Assembly: GCA_041670165.1 (NCBI GenBank)
Contig: JBAXZR010000003.1
Location: 1 to 64,000 of the forward strand
Length of the DNA: 64,000 nt
Source of the DNA: Clostridia bacterium
GTDB taxonomy: Bacteria; Bacillota; Clostridia; Christensenellales; UBA1242
Direction: 5' to 3'
Part shown: piece by piece, positions 1 to 10,048 of the stretch
How the letters are laid out: every line of letters starts with the position of its first letter
Position numbering within the stretch: the stretch's first letter is position 1
The notes under the pieces: generated by a model
The model's database searches: none
The model's input: the letters and a program-made list of their open reading frames with translations, nothing else
What the model was told of the DNA's origin: nothing
Made by a program: the position numbers and the translations under genes

Positions 1-600
1 TTGAGCTCCCTTTCCTGCATAAGTGTTCGTTCAAAAAATCTTTTGCCCGAACATTAGTTCGTGCAGTTTTTTTAACTCCATATTTTAGTTAATAGTGAAA
101 AGTGAATAGTGAATATAACTGGGATACAACAAAAAATTAGCAGGTACGCAAATAAATTTTACTAACTTGCTTTTTTGGGTTTCTCTCCCACTCCCTTTCT
201 TAAATAAGTTATCGTCTAAAAAAGTTACGGCTGAACTAAATTCAGACTGTTTTTTTGAACTCCATATTTTAGTGAAGAGTGAAAAGTGAATAGTGAATAT
301 AACTGGGGTAGCACCAAAAAAATGACGCAGACACGCAAAGCTTTGCTTCGCTAACTGCTATTTTTTCGGTTCTCCTCTTGAGCTCCCTTTTCCTCTTGAG
401 CTCCCTTCTCCTATTAAGGGGTTCGTTCAAAAAATCTTTTGCCCGAACATTAGTTCGTGCAGATTTTTTTGAACTCCGTATTTTAGTGAATAGTGAATAG
501 TAAATAGTGAAAAGTTAATAATGAAGAGTGAAGAGTTAATAGTGAAAAGTAAATGGTGAAGAGTGAAGAGTTATGGTAAATTTTGTAAATATGTATTTAT
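1..600. repeat. Three tandem, diverged copies (~1-130 partial, ~131-312, ~313-487) of an intergenic repeat family. Each has a hairpin + T-run, then a conserved ~110-bp core (..ggtttcyctccca.ctccctttc...gttcgt.caaaaaatctt.gcccgaac...ttcgtgc.gattttttgaactccatatttta). A degenerate 7-bp minisatellite (NAGTGAA)n follows at ~488-585. Same family as 61635-62309.
   Basis: Direct visual alignment of the three left-end copies with each other and with the two right-end copies. Copy 3 has an internal duplication (cctcttgagctccctt x2). Copies end in ..ataactggggtagcacc + A-run. Confidence 0.8.
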
Positions 601-1076
601 TTTGTTTTATTTTACTAAACACTTCACTAATTCAATCTTGTTTTATCTTCGCATTTTAAAATTAAATAGCAACTAAAATAAGAATGAGATAAAGAGAACG
701 GTTGAACTAAATTCTACCTGTTTTTTTTTAAAACTCAATATTTTTAGTCTTTAGGATAATTATAAAAATTAAATTCTTTTGGACTCCATATATTAATAGA
801 AAAAATCATTAAAATAATTATTCTTAAAAATGTAAGTTTTTATACTTATTTACTTTAAAAGAGAAGAGTGGGGGAGTAATTTATATTGAGCAAAGTGTAA
901 AACTAAAGGCTGAAACTAAATTAAGACTTTTTTTAAAAAGTATTTAATATAAGGTATTATTAAAAATAAATTATATTTTTTTTCTTTAATCTAAATTCTG
1001 TAATTTTTCTTTATTTAATTAGATTAAAAATAATGTTTAATAAAAGGAGATATGTTATATCTCCTTTTTATCATTA

Positions 1077-2414
1077 TTAATCTTGGATTTTTACAGAGAT
1101 TCTGATTGCTTGTGTTGTTTCTGAAGTGATTTTTACATCTTCAGAAATTTCTTTTCCAGCAACAACTAAAATTTTGTTTCCACTTGCTAAAACTGGAATG
1201 TAAGAGCGGATTCTTTGTGGAATTTTTTGATCAATAAAATATTCTTTAAGTTTCTTTGTTCCGCCGCCAAAACGATTGAATATGTCACCATTTTGTCTTA
1301 TTCTCCAAAGAGCATCGCTTGGAATTTTTCTGTAGTCAAGAATAAGCGAATCTTCTTTTGGACTAAAGTCTTTAGTTTTTTTGACTGTAACATTTCCAAA
1401 ATTTTCAGCTTCAAAAGTGCCAACTTTAAATTCCCACTTATTTATGCTAGCAGGTTTTTGATTGTTTGCAATTGTTATATAATCATATTCTTTGTATGCT
1501 TGAATGCTAAAAGGTAAGGAAATCCTTTTTCCATTCTCACCATTTTCATACAAGTCTTTTATTAAATCTATGTGTCTTCTTTCAATATCTTTTTCAATAC
1601 CTAAAATTTCAAATGCAGTAAAAATTGTTTTTGAAACAATTGAAGGGTGCATCAAAAAACAATTTAATGGAATTTTTACACTTTTCTCATTAACAATAAA
1701 TGCGTCAGTATTTGTTTGCTTTTTAATGTAATCACTGTCTTCTGCACAAGTTTTACCAAAACTAACAATAGAATTTTCAATGTTAGGCCATTTTGTTTTT
1801 ATTAAAGGCAAAATTTCATTACGAATAAAGTTGCGGGCATATGTGCTATCTTTGTTCGTTTCATCTGTTACAAACGGAATGTCATTGTTAGCAATATATT
1901 CCATAATTTCTTGCTTTGAGGTTTCAAGTAATGGGCGAATTGTATATTCATTTTTTACTAAACTCATGCCTTTTGCACCTGTAACGCCACTACCTCTAAA
2001 TATGTGTAAAAGTATTGTTTCAGCTTGATCACTCATGTGGTGAGCTAAAGCAATTTTTGAAATTACACCTTTTTCAATTAAGCTATTAAAAACATTATAG
2101 CGACATTCTCTTGCTGCGGTTTCTATGCTTTCATTTTTTTCTTTTGCATATTTTGGAACATCAATTCTAAATTTGTAAAAACGAATTTTATGTTCTTTAC
2201 AATAATCTTGGACAAAAAAAGCATCACTTGAACTATTTTCACGAATAGAGTGGTCAACATGAATTGCTACCACTTCAAAGTCTAATTCTTCTTGCAAAGC
2301 AACAAGAAAATGTAATAATGACATGGAATCACTTCCGCCACTTACTCCAACACCAATTATGTCACCAGACTCAATCATTTTGTTATTTAAAATTGTATTT
2401 TTTGCCGTATTCAT
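1077..2414 (-). CDS. tilS: tRNA(Ile)-lysidine synthetase TilS
   Basis: PP-loop motif GVGVSGGSDSMSLLH near the N-terminus. 445 aa. RBS GGAG upstream of ATG at 2414. Confidence 0.9.
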   Translation of the reverse strand: MNTAKNTILNNKMIESGDIIGVGVSGGSDSMSLLHFLVALQEELDFEVVAIHVDHSIRENSSSDAFFVQDYCKEHKIRFYKFRIDVPKYAKEKNESIETAARECRYNVFNSLIEKGVISKIALAHHMSDQAETILLHIFRGSGVTGAKGMSLVKNEYTIRPLLETSKQEIMEYIANNDIPFVTDETNKDSTYARNFIRNEILPLIKTKWPNIENSIVSFGKTCAEDSDYIKKQTNTDAFIVNEKSVKIPLNCFLMHPSIVSKTIFTAFEILGIEKDIERRHIDLIKDLYENGENGKRISLPFSIQAYKEYDYITIANNQKPASINKWEFKVGTFEAENFGNVTVKKTKDFSPKEDSLILDYRKIPSDALWRIRQNGDIFNRFGGGTKKLKEYFIDQKIPQRIRSYIPVLASGNKILVVAGKEISEDVKITSETTQAIRISVKIQD

Positions 2415-2534
2415 TATTGCTCCATTTTTATTTCAATATGTTACCAAATATATGTGGGTTTTACAACTATTTTTATTTTATTATCAGCATAATTACATTA
2501 AAACTTCAAATATTGATAGAAAAAGGCAATTTAT

Positions 2535-2563
2535 TTGACATTTTATATGTGCTATGCTATTCT
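2535..2563 (+). promoter_or_regulatory. Putative sigma-A promoter for lysS (TTGACA-17-TATTCT)
   Basis: Hexamers read directly, ~25 nt upstream of the lysS RBS. Confidence 0.35.
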
Positions 2564-2587
2564 TCATCAAGAAAAAAAGGGGAAAAG

Positions 2588-4069
2588 ATGGAACAAACAA
2601 TAGCAAATTCAACTGAAAACTTAGGGGCTGAACTAGAAGTTAGAAAAGCTAAAATAATGGAACTTAAAGCTTCAGGAAATCCAGTTTATCAAGAAAAATT
2701 TGAAAGAACACACACAATTGAAGAAGCAAGAAAACTTGAACCAAGTTCAATTGTTTCTATTGCAGGAAGAATTGTTTTTAAAAGAGTAATGGGAAAGTTG
2801 TCTTTCCTTGCAATTCAAGATGTAAGTGCAAAAATTCAAATTTCTATTGGAAGAAACGAAATTTCTGAAGATGATTTCAATTTTTACAAAAAAATGGTTG
2901 ATGTCGGTGATTTTATAGGTATCACTGGTGAATTATATTTAACACACACAGGTGAACTTACTGTTAGAACACATAAGTATCAACTTTTGTCAAAGGCAAT
3001 GCGTCCACTTCCTGAAAAATTTCATGGATTAACAGACATTGAAGCAAAATATCGTCAAAGATATTTGGATTTAATTATGAATGAAGATTCTCGCAAAGTT
3101 CTTCTTGGACGAAGCAAGGTTATTTCTTTTATTCGAAGATTTCTTGAGAAAAATGGATTTATTGAAGTTGAAACTCCAATATTGCAAAGTGCTTGCTGTG
3201 GTGCAAGTGCAAAGCCTTTTTTCACAAAACACAATGCTTTAAACAAAATGTGCAATCTTAGAATTGCTCCAGAAGTTTATCTTAAGCAAGTTATTGCAGC
3301 TGGATATGATAGGGTTTTTGAAGTTGCAAAATGCTTTAGAAATGAAGGCATGGACACTCAACACCTTCAAGAATTTACAATGGTTGAATGGTATGCTTCA
3401 TATTGGAACTACGAAGATAATATAAAGTTTTATACATCATTTATTCAAAATCTATTAACTGAAGTCCTTGGAACAACAAAGGTTGAATTTCAAGGCAAAA
3501 CACTTGATTTTGGTGGAGAGTTGCCACGAATTGATTACACTGAAACTCTTAAAAAGGAACTTGGATTTGATTTCCTTGTATATGACAAAAAAGATGACCT
3601 TGTTGCAAAAGTTGAATCAACTGGTTTGTTTAAAAGCTCAGATTTTACTGGAATTAAAACAGTTGGTGGTGTGATTGATTTGATGTACAAAAAGTTAATC
3701 CGTGAAAAGATTGAACAACCAACAGTTCTTTACAACTATCCTGCTTGCCTTGTACCTTTGGCAAGAAGAAAAGATGGTAATTCAAAACTTATTGAAATGT
3801 TTCAAGTTCTTGCAGATGGAATTGAAATGTGTAAGGCATATAGTGAACTTGTTGACCCAATAATCCAACGACAAACACTTGAAGAACAAGCAGCAGCTAA
3901 ATCTCAAGGTGATGATGAAGCAATGGAATTTGACACTGACTTTGTGCTTGCTATGGAGCATGGTATGCCACCAATCAGCGGACTCGGATTTGGAATCGAC
4001 AGACTTGTTACAATCATGTTTAACCAACCTTCAATCCGTGATGTTGTGCTTTTTCCTTTAATGAAATAA
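2588..4069 (+). CDS. lysS: Lysine--tRNA ligase, class II
   Basis: Class II aaRS motifs and LysRS-type N-terminal OB domain. Start moved to ATG 2588 (RBS aaaagggg), not the 2264 ORF extension. Confidence 0.93.
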   Translation: MEQTIANSTENLGAELEVRKAKIMELKASGNPVYQEKFERTHTIEEARKLEPSSIVSIAGRIVFKRVMGKLSFLAIQDVSAKIQISIGRNEISEDDFNFYKKMVDVGDFIGITGELYLTHTGELTVRTHKYQLLSKAMRPLPEKFHGLTDIEAKYRQRYLDLIMNEDSRKVLLGRSKVISFIRRFLEKNGFIEVETPILQSACCGASAKPFFTKHNALNKMCNLRIAPEVYLKQVIAAGYDRVFEVAKCFRNEGMDTQHLQEFTMVEWYASYWNYEDNIKFYTSFIQNLLTEVLGTTKVEFQGKTLDFGGELPRIDYTETLKKELGFDFLVYDKKDDLVAKVESTGLFKSSDFTGIKTVGGVIDLMYKKLIREKIEQPTVLYNYPACLVPLARRKDGNSKLIEMFQVLADGIEMCKAYSELVDPIIQRQTLEEQAAAKSQGDDEAMEFDTDFVLAMEHGMPPISGLGFGIDRLVTIMFNQPSIRDVVLFPLMK

Positions 4070-4137
4070 AATTTAAGAAAGATTGTGAAAACAATCTTTC
4101 TTTTTAAATTGACGAAATATGCTTTTGAAAATATAAT

Positions 4138-4956
4138 ATGTATATGAAATTGCTAAATATATTTAGATGCCCAATTTGTCAAAAATCTTTTCATGAAACT
4201 GAAAAATCTTTAATATGTGAAAATAACCATTGTTTTGATTTTTCAAAAGAAAGATATGTCAACTTGCTAAACATTATCAAAAAAAAGAGTAAAAATCCCG
4301 GTGATGACAAAGTTATGGTTGAAGCTAGACAACACTTTTTAAATAAGGGCTTTTTTTATGAACTTGCAAATCAAATTTTGATTCTATCTAGAAAATATAA
4401 TTCAAGTGATTCTATCATTGTCGATGCTGGTTGTGGTCCTGCTTACTATTTAAAATTTCTATCAAAAGAATTCAAAAATTTAATTGGCTTTGATATTTCA
4501 AAAGATGCAATCTTAAAAGCTTCAAAAAATTGCTTAAATATTGATTTTTCTGTTGCATCAATTTTTGATATGCCACTGACAAATAATTCAGTTGATTGTA
4601 TTTTAAATATATTTGCTCCAAAACCAGAAGAAGAATTCAAAAGAATTTTAAAAGAAAATGGAAAAATTATTGAAGTAATCCCTGGAAAAAAACATTTGAT
4701 TGAACTAAAAGAAATTTTGTATGGTGAAAATCTTCTAGAAAATTTAGATGACAAAAAATTGAATTTTGATTTAGTTATGCAAGAAGAAGTAACTTATGAA
4801 AAAATTCTTTCAGGTGAAGAATTAAAAGAGCTGTTTTCAATGACTCCATATTTCTATACAACAAAAAAAGAAGATATAGAAAAAATTGATTCTATTTCAA
4901 AATTAAGTATTACTTTTGATTTTATTATCAAAATTTGGACTAATAATAATCTCTGA
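4138..4956 (+). CDS. rlmA: 23S rRNA (guanine745-N1)-methyltransferase RlmA/RrmA family
   Basis: N-terminal Zn-finger CPICQ...C.NNHCFD plus SAM-MTase motif VDAGCGPAYY. Start could be 4144. Confidence 0.8.
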   Translation: MYMKLLNIFRCPICQKSFHETEKSLICENNHCFDFSKERYVNLLNIIKKKSKNPGDDKVMVEARQHFLNKGFFYELANQILILSRKYNSSDSIIVDAGCGPAYYLKFLSKEFKNLIGFDISKDAILKASKNCLNIDFSVASIFDMPLTNNSVDCILNIFAPKPEEEFKRILKENGKIIEVIPGKKHLIELKEILYGENLLENLDDKKLNFDLVMQEEVTYEKILSGEELKELFSMTPYFYTTKKEDIEKIDSISKLSITFDFIIKIWTNNNL

Positions 4957-5136
4957 TTATTTATGAAACCATTTTGATTTTTTTCCGATTTTTACCATAA
5001 TTGAAAGAAATAATGTAAATTTAAAAAAGATAGACACTAAAAATATTAAAATACTAATTTTATAAATACTAATTTCAGATAAATAAACTAATTTTTAATT
5101 ATATAAAGTTTGCTTAGTATGTTTGATATTAAACAT

Positions 5137-5166
5137 AAAAAAAGTTTGTAATTTACAAACTTTTTT
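5137..5166. terminator. Bidirectional rho-independent terminator between convergent rlmA and the AAA+ ATPase gene
   Basis: A-run, hairpin gtttgtaa-ttt-acaaac, T-run. Overlaps the ATPase stop codon. Confidence 0.6.
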
Positions 5167-6853
5167 GAGTGTCTTTTGTTTGGCTTTTATTGAAATTATT
5201 TTCGTTTTTGATTGTAGGATTTAATATTTCTGCACCCGTATTGTTTACAAGTATATTTGAATCAGATAGATTCTTGTTTTTAAGAAGAATATCAATTACT
5301 GGTTGTACAAAACATTTTTGCATAGATTTTTTAAGATCTCTTGCACCTAATAAATCCGTGTTTGCTTCTTTAACAATTTTCTCAAGCAAAGTATTGTCAT
5401 AATTTAGCTTCAAGTTTTGTTCTTCATTATTTATTTCAAAGTTTGATTTCTTTTTATCAACAAATTTTTTTGCTATTTTAATTAAATTATCTTTTGATAA
5501 ATGCTTATACTCAATAACCTCATCAAATCTTCCAATGATTTCTTTTCTAAGTCCGTCGTTTCCAGAAATCTTTTCTTCAACAGATTGTTCGATATTGTTT
5601 TTCGAAACATATTCAGACAAATTTGTTGTGCAAAAAATCACAGTATTTTTTAGAGAAATCTTTTTGCCTTTTGCATCAATGAATTCTCCTTCATCAAGCA
5701 TTCTCATTAAAAGATCAAGGCATTCTTTGTGGCATTTATCAATTTCTTCAAACAAAACAACGCTAACTGGATTATTTGATATGAAATCACAAAATTCAAT
5801 TTTATCCCCATAGCCAACATAGTTAGGTGACGCTCCAAGAAGCCTTGATACATCTTCTTTGGTTTTGAAAGTTGTCATGTCTAGCACCAAAAATTTGCCT
5901 CCATAACAAATGTCTGCAACTGCTTTGGCAGTTTCAGTTTTTCCAACCCCTGTTGGACCTGTGAATAGAAATGAAGCTATTGGTCTGGTTTCATCATTAA
6001 ATCCAAAATATGAGCCTAGTAATCTATTTTTAACTTTTTCAACGGCTTCATTTTGACCAATCACAAAGTCACCAAGCTTATCTAGTTTGCTAAAATCAAC
6101 ATTTTGTTTAATTGCTTTATGTTGAGTGTTACTATTTATTGAGCCTTGTTTTGTTAAAACTCTGTTATTATAGTTTTGAACACCAGATTTAACAAAAATG
6201 CTAGTTGATTCATTTATCATATCAGTGTAAAGTTTTTTCCAAAAACTATGTTTTTTAAATGATTCAATTTTTCCAAATTTATTTGAAGTATATATGTTTA
6301 CATCGCATTGAATATTACCAAGAGCACTCACTTCATTCAGAAATTTTTTAAAAGCTTTTACTTGCTTATTTACAATCACTTTTCCTTTGTCTTTTGCAAG
6401 CTCACTTAATAGTTCAGTTGTAACAAATACATAGAAAAATGATGAATAACTGACATTTCCTTCATTGCGATTAGTTAGCTTTTCATTTCTTAATTTAATT
6501 GAACTATCTATTAGTGAAGGATAATTTTTTTTAAGTTCATTAAAAAGTGAAAAAAGTTTGTGTTCTGAAAAATTTATGTATAACAGGCTGTCTATATCTT
6601 CATTATTTAATGAACTATTTTGTTTCATTAATGTGTATAAATCATCGATTTTAAGTTTCATTGAATTTATGAAAAACAGGAGCATGTCAATTCCAGATAT
6701 GTCTTCAGCACCAAATTCATTTTCTGGACAATTTATAACATCTTGCATACGCATGAGAACGCATGAAAAGAAAAAATTAGCAGCATTTCTTTTTTTTTCT
6801 TCAAAAGGTTGAGTTTTGCCATAAGCCGTTTTGTAGGTTGTTAATAGATCCAT
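5153..6853 (-). CDS. Orphan AAA+ ATPase with a single ClpA/ClpB D2-type module and a novel ~290-aa N-terminal domain
   Basis: The block VIGQNEAVEKV...FLFTGPTGVGKTETAKAVA...LGASPNYVGYGD...VVLFEEIDKCH...LLMRMLDEGEF.DAKGKKISLKNTVIFCTTN...GARDLKKSMQ matches the ClpB/ClpA second nucleotide-binding domain. No D1 Walker A. Strong RBS taggagta. Confidence 0.8.
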   Translation of the reverse strand: MDLLTTYKTAYGKTQPFEEKKRNAANFFFSCVLMRMQDVINCPENEFGAEDISGIDMLLFFINSMKLKIDDLYTLMKQNSSLNNEDIDSLLYINFSEHKLFSLFNELKKNYPSLIDSSIKLRNEKLTNRNEGNVSYSSFFYVFVTTELLSELAKDKGKVIVNKQVKAFKKFLNEVSALGNIQCDVNIYTSNKFGKIESFKKHSFWKKLYTDMINESTSIFVKSGVQNYNNRVLTKQGSINSNTQHKAIKQNVDFSKLDKLGDFVIGQNEAVEKVKNRLLGSYFGFNDETRPIASFLFTGPTGVGKTETAKAVADICYGGKFLVLDMTTFKTKEDVSRLLGASPNYVGYGDKIEFCDFISNNPVSVVLFEEIDKCHKECLDLLMRMLDEGEFIDAKGKKISLKNTVIFCTTNLSEYVSKNNIEQSVEEKISGNDGLRKEIIGRFDEVIEYKHLSKDNLIKIAKKFVDKKKSNFEINNEEQNLKLNYDNTLLEKIVKEANTDLLGARDLKKSMQKCFVQPVIDILLKNKNLSDSNILVNNTGAEILNPTIKNENNFNKSQTKDTQKSL

Positions 6854-7184
6854 TAAAAATACTCCTAAATTAATTAGTTTCCTAATTTTCTCGTAAATTG
6901 TATCATTTTATCTTCATGAATTCAATAGACAAATTTTTCAAATCTTTTTTTTATTATATTCTTAAAAATTTTTGATATAAAATAATTTTAAGTAAATTCG
7001 CAATACAAAATTAATTATTAATTTATTTTGATTTAATCAATTATCATTATTTGTTTCTTTGCATATTTTACTGCACTTTAAAAGTGTTTCTTATTTTTTC
7101 TATGGATAATATATTTTTATCAGAAATGTGTTTTTCTTTTTTAAAAAATTAATATATAATAAAAAAGCTTACAAAGGAGATAAA

Positions 7185-7838
7185 ATGAAAGTTGAAAAAG
7201 TAAAAAAAATATGTGCTATTTGTGGCAAAGAAAATTTTTATAATCAAGTTGTGTCTTTTAGTAATCAAGGAAAGTCAGATTTTGATTTAAGAGAACCACA
7301 AAGTTTGTTGTCTGATGGATCTTTGATTCAAGAATGCCCAGAATGTCATTATTGTAGCTATGATATAAGCAAATTAGTTGAACAAAGTTATTATTATGAA
7401 ATGTACAAAAAAGAAAAATGGATTAACAATTTTGAATCTATATTTAAAAATGAAAGTAACAATGCTGTTAGAAAATATTTAATTATGGCAAAGCAATTTC
7501 ATAACAATTCTCAGTTTCTTGATGAATTCAAAATGTTAATTGGAGCAAGTTGGGCTTGTGAAGACGACAAAGAAAAATCAAATAAACTTAAAAATGAAGC
7601 TATTGATCTTTACTTCAAAGAAATTCTTAAGAATAGAAGAACCCAGTTGATGCAATTAAGTGATTTGGCAAGACAAGTCGAAAAGTTTGATATTGCAAAA
7701 GATTTAATCACGGCTAGTTCTCTTTTAACAAACGAAAATGATAAAGATTATGAATTTATTAAAAAAGTTATTGATTATGAATCAAAATTTATTTTGAACA
7801 AAGATTCAAAAAGACATAATCTTTCAGAAATTAAATAG
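7185..7838 (+). CDS. Zinc-ribbon protein (CAICG...CPEC) with an alpha-helical C-terminal domain; DUF2225-like architecture
   Basis: Two CxxC pairs near the N-terminus. RBS aaaggaga before ATG 7185. Upstream ATG 7128 rejected. Confidence 0.6.
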   Translation: MKVEKVKKICAICGKENFYNQVVSFSNQGKSDFDLREPQSLLSDGSLIQECPECHYCSYDISKLVEQSYYYEMYKKEKWINNFESIFKNESNNAVRKYLIMAKQFHNNSQFLDEFKMLIGASWACEDDKEKSNKLKNEAIDLYFKEILKNRRTQLMQLSDLARQVEKFDIAKDLITASSLLTNENDKDYEFIKKVIDYESKFILNKDSKRHNLSEIK

Positions 7839-7863
7839 AAAAAATAAAACTAAAAGAAAAAAA

Positions 7864-8388
7864 TTATTTTTTTTGATTGTAGTAGTCAGAAACTGATTTT
7901 GCTCTGTCTAAATTTATTTTTGAGTTAGGAAGGGGAGAAGCCTGCACTTCTTCCTTTTTTGGAGCAGTTTTTTTAGCTAACATTGAAGACATTAAATCTG
8001 CAGGATTTGACTTGCCACCTAGGAGTGATGAAAGAAGTGGATTGCCACCTCCACCTTTTGACATAAGCCCGCCAAGCAAAGGAAGCATAGACGCAAGCCC
8101 ACCACCTCCTTGTCCGCCACCAAGTCCACCAAGAAGCCCGCTTCCACCTAATGCACCTAAAAGTCCGCCTGTATTATTGTTTTGTTGATTTTGCTGATTA
8201 AAATTTTGTTGGTTTAAATTTTGCTGTGAATTTTCTTGGAATTGTTTTTCGCTACTTTCATTGTTAGAAAAACTAGAAGAATTTGTTTGAGTTTTGTCAT
8301 TTGCTTTGTATGTGCTACTTTTTGAATCAAAAATCAAATCTTCAGGAAAAGAACTGCTAGAAGAATATAAATTTTTATTTTCTGACAT
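7864..8388 (-). CDS. Low-complexity Ser/Gln/Asn- and Gly/Leu-rich protein, likely intrinsically disordered
   Basis: Strong RBS aaaggagtg. Composition-biased tracts QQNLNQQNFNQQNQQNNN and GGLLGALGGSGLLGGLGGGQGGGG. Confidence 0.6.
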   Translation of the reverse strand: MSENKNLYSSSSSFPEDLIFDSKSSTYKANDKTQTNSSSFSNNESSEKQFQENSQQNLNQQNFNQQNQQNNNTGGLLGALGGSGLLGGLGGGQGGGGLASMLPLLGGLMSKGGGGNPLLSSLLGGKSNPADLMSSMLAKKTAPKKEEVQASPLPNSKINLDRAKSVSDYYNQKK

Positions 8389-8458
8389 GACACTCCTTTT
8401 TCATGCACTTTGAAAGCATGACTTAACATATATATTCCATGCAGTAAAAGGAGTGATT

Positions 8459-8785
8459 ATGAAAAGAAACTTTTTTGGAGGTAACAATAATACCTCTAAT
8501 TCGTTTGATAAGGAGAAAAGGACTCTTTTTAACAACACAAGAGCAAATGAAAACACAAAGACACCAAATTCAGAGTCAGAAGATTATTCTCAAAAATCTT
8601 ATGAAAAATATTCTGGAATGGACAAAAATCAGCTTCTTCAAGAACTTGTTGCTGAAGTTCAAAAAAGCAAAAAGAATGGAACTTTTGATCCAAAGCGAAT
8701 TGAGCAAACAATATCATCTTTGTCGCCTTTTCTTTCGAAAGAGCAAATATCAATGATGGAAGATTTGCTTGGGAGAATTAAGTGA
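8459..8785 (+). CDS. Small hypothetical protein, translationally coupled to the downstream subtilase
   Basis: RBS aaggag 8 nt before ATG 8459. Its TGA stop (8783-8785) overlaps the GTG start (8782) of the next gene. Confidence 0.55.
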   Translation: MKRNFFGGNNNTSNSFDKEKRTLFNNTRANENTKTPNSESEDYSQKSYEKYSGMDKNQLLQELVAEVQKSKKNGTFDPKRIEQTISSLSPFLSKEQISMMEDLLGRIK

Positions 8786-9942
8786 GTGTTTTTGACAAAC
8801 TTGATTCAATTTTGCTTTCAACAATTGCAATGGATTTAAGTGAAGAAAAAAAAATTGATTGCATCGTTTTTGCAAAAAATTATGGTTTTGCAAAACGGTT
8901 TTTGATGCAAAAAAATGAAATAGAAATTGTTAAATATTTTCATTTTATTTCTGCGTTTGGTGTTAGAGTAAACAAAGACTCATTAATCAATTTGGCAAAT
9001 TGTTCCTATATTGATTATGTTTCTAGTGAAGCAAAAGTAACTTCTCTTATGGAAAAAAGCAAAAAAATTCTGAGAGTTGACACATTGCATTCTGCTGGTG
9101 TCCTTGGGAAAAATGTTGGAATTTGTTATATTGACACTGGAATTTCGCCACATTTGGATTTTACGCTTGCTTGCAACAGAATAAGTGGTTTTGTTGATCT
9201 TGTTCATGGAAGAAAAAATGCTTATGATGACAACGGGCATGGAACAAGTGTGGCAGGGGCTGGAAGTGGTTCAGGACTTAGATCAAATGGAAGATTTTGT
9301 GGAATTGCCCCATTAAGCAACATTTTTTCAATAAAAGCACTAGACAACAAAGGGGAAACTGGTGCAATGCGAATTTTGCAGGCAATGGAATGGGTTTATA
9401 ACAACCATGTTACTTGTGGAATAAAAGTTGTTTGTATGAGTTTTGGTAGCGAGCCAATTGGTGTTCTTGATCCAATTATGCAAGGGGCTGAATCTCTTTG
9501 GAATGATGGTGTTTGCGTTGTTGCTGCCGCTGGGAATAGTGGTCCAAATTTTGGAACTGTAAAATCTCCAGCTGTTAGCAGAAAAATTATTTCAGTCGGT
9601 GGTCTTGATGATGGCAGAAGTTCAAATAAAACACCAAAGATTGCTGATTTTTCTTCTCGTGGTCCTGCATTTGGAAGAATGAAACCAGATGTTATTGCTC
9701 CAGCAGTAAATATCAATAGTTGTTCACTTGATAAAAAAATTCCTTATTCACAAAGTAGTGGAACAAGTATTGCCACTCCTATGGTTGCTGGGCTTGCTTG
9801 TTTGCTTCTGGAAAAAAATCCCAATTTACCACCAGATGGCGTTAAAAGAATAATAACTTCAAGTGCTTCTCCAATAGTTTTTTCAAAAATGGAAGAAGGA
9901 TATGGTTTGCCTTCAGCTGAAAAATGTTTTGTTTTTAATTAA
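8782..9942 (+). CDS. Subtilisin-like serine peptidase (S8 family), probably intracellular, with an N-terminal propeptide
   Basis: Catalytic triad motifs YIDTGI (Asp), HGTSVAG (His), GTSIATPMVAG (Ser). No signal peptide. GTG start preceded by gggaga. Confidence 0.85.
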   Translation: MSVFDKLDSILLSTIAMDLSEEKKIDCIVFAKNYGFAKRFLMQKNEIEIVKYFHFISAFGVRVNKDSLINLANCSYIDYVSSEAKVTSLMEKSKKILRVDTLHSAGVLGKNVGICYIDTGISPHLDFTLACNRISGFVDLVHGRKNAYDDNGHGTSVAGAGSGSGLRSNGRFCGIAPLSNIFSIKALDNKGETGAMRILQAMEWVYNNHVTCGIKVVCMSFGSEPIGVLDPIMQGAESLWNDGVCVVAAAGNSGPNFGTVKSPAVSRKIISVGGLDDGRSSNKTPKIADFSSRGPAFGRMKPDVIAPAVNINSCSLDKKIPYSQSSGTSIATPMVAGLACLLLEKNPNLPPDGVKRIITSSASPIVFSKMEEGYGLPSAEKCFVFN

Positions 9943-10048
9943 GAATTCTGTTGTAGAAGAAATAATTAAACATTTATTTTGATGCTTTATTTATTAAAAT
10001 TAATATAACATTTGCTTAATTTGTTAGTTTTATGATAAACTACCTTAT

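Noticed and set aside
1215-2028. Plus-strand ORFs (100, 75, 82 aa) inside tilS
   Set aside because: They are antisense to a well-supported gene. Translations are Phe/Ile/Lys-rich, which is typical of AT-rich antisense frames. No RBS.
2264-2587. 5' extension of the lysS ORF (601-aa version in the ORF track)
   Set aside because: The extension translates to hydrophobic low-complexity sequence with no similarity to LysRS. ATG 2588 has a proper RBS and gives a canonical LysRS N-terminus. The region is the divergent tilS/lysS promoter.
2415-2587. Possible T-box riboswitch upstream of lysS, and likewise 30645-30981 upstream of proS
   Set aside because: No T-box consensus (AATTAGGGTGGNACCGCG) or specifier/antiterminator arrangement is present. 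The proS upstream region is simply AT-rich.
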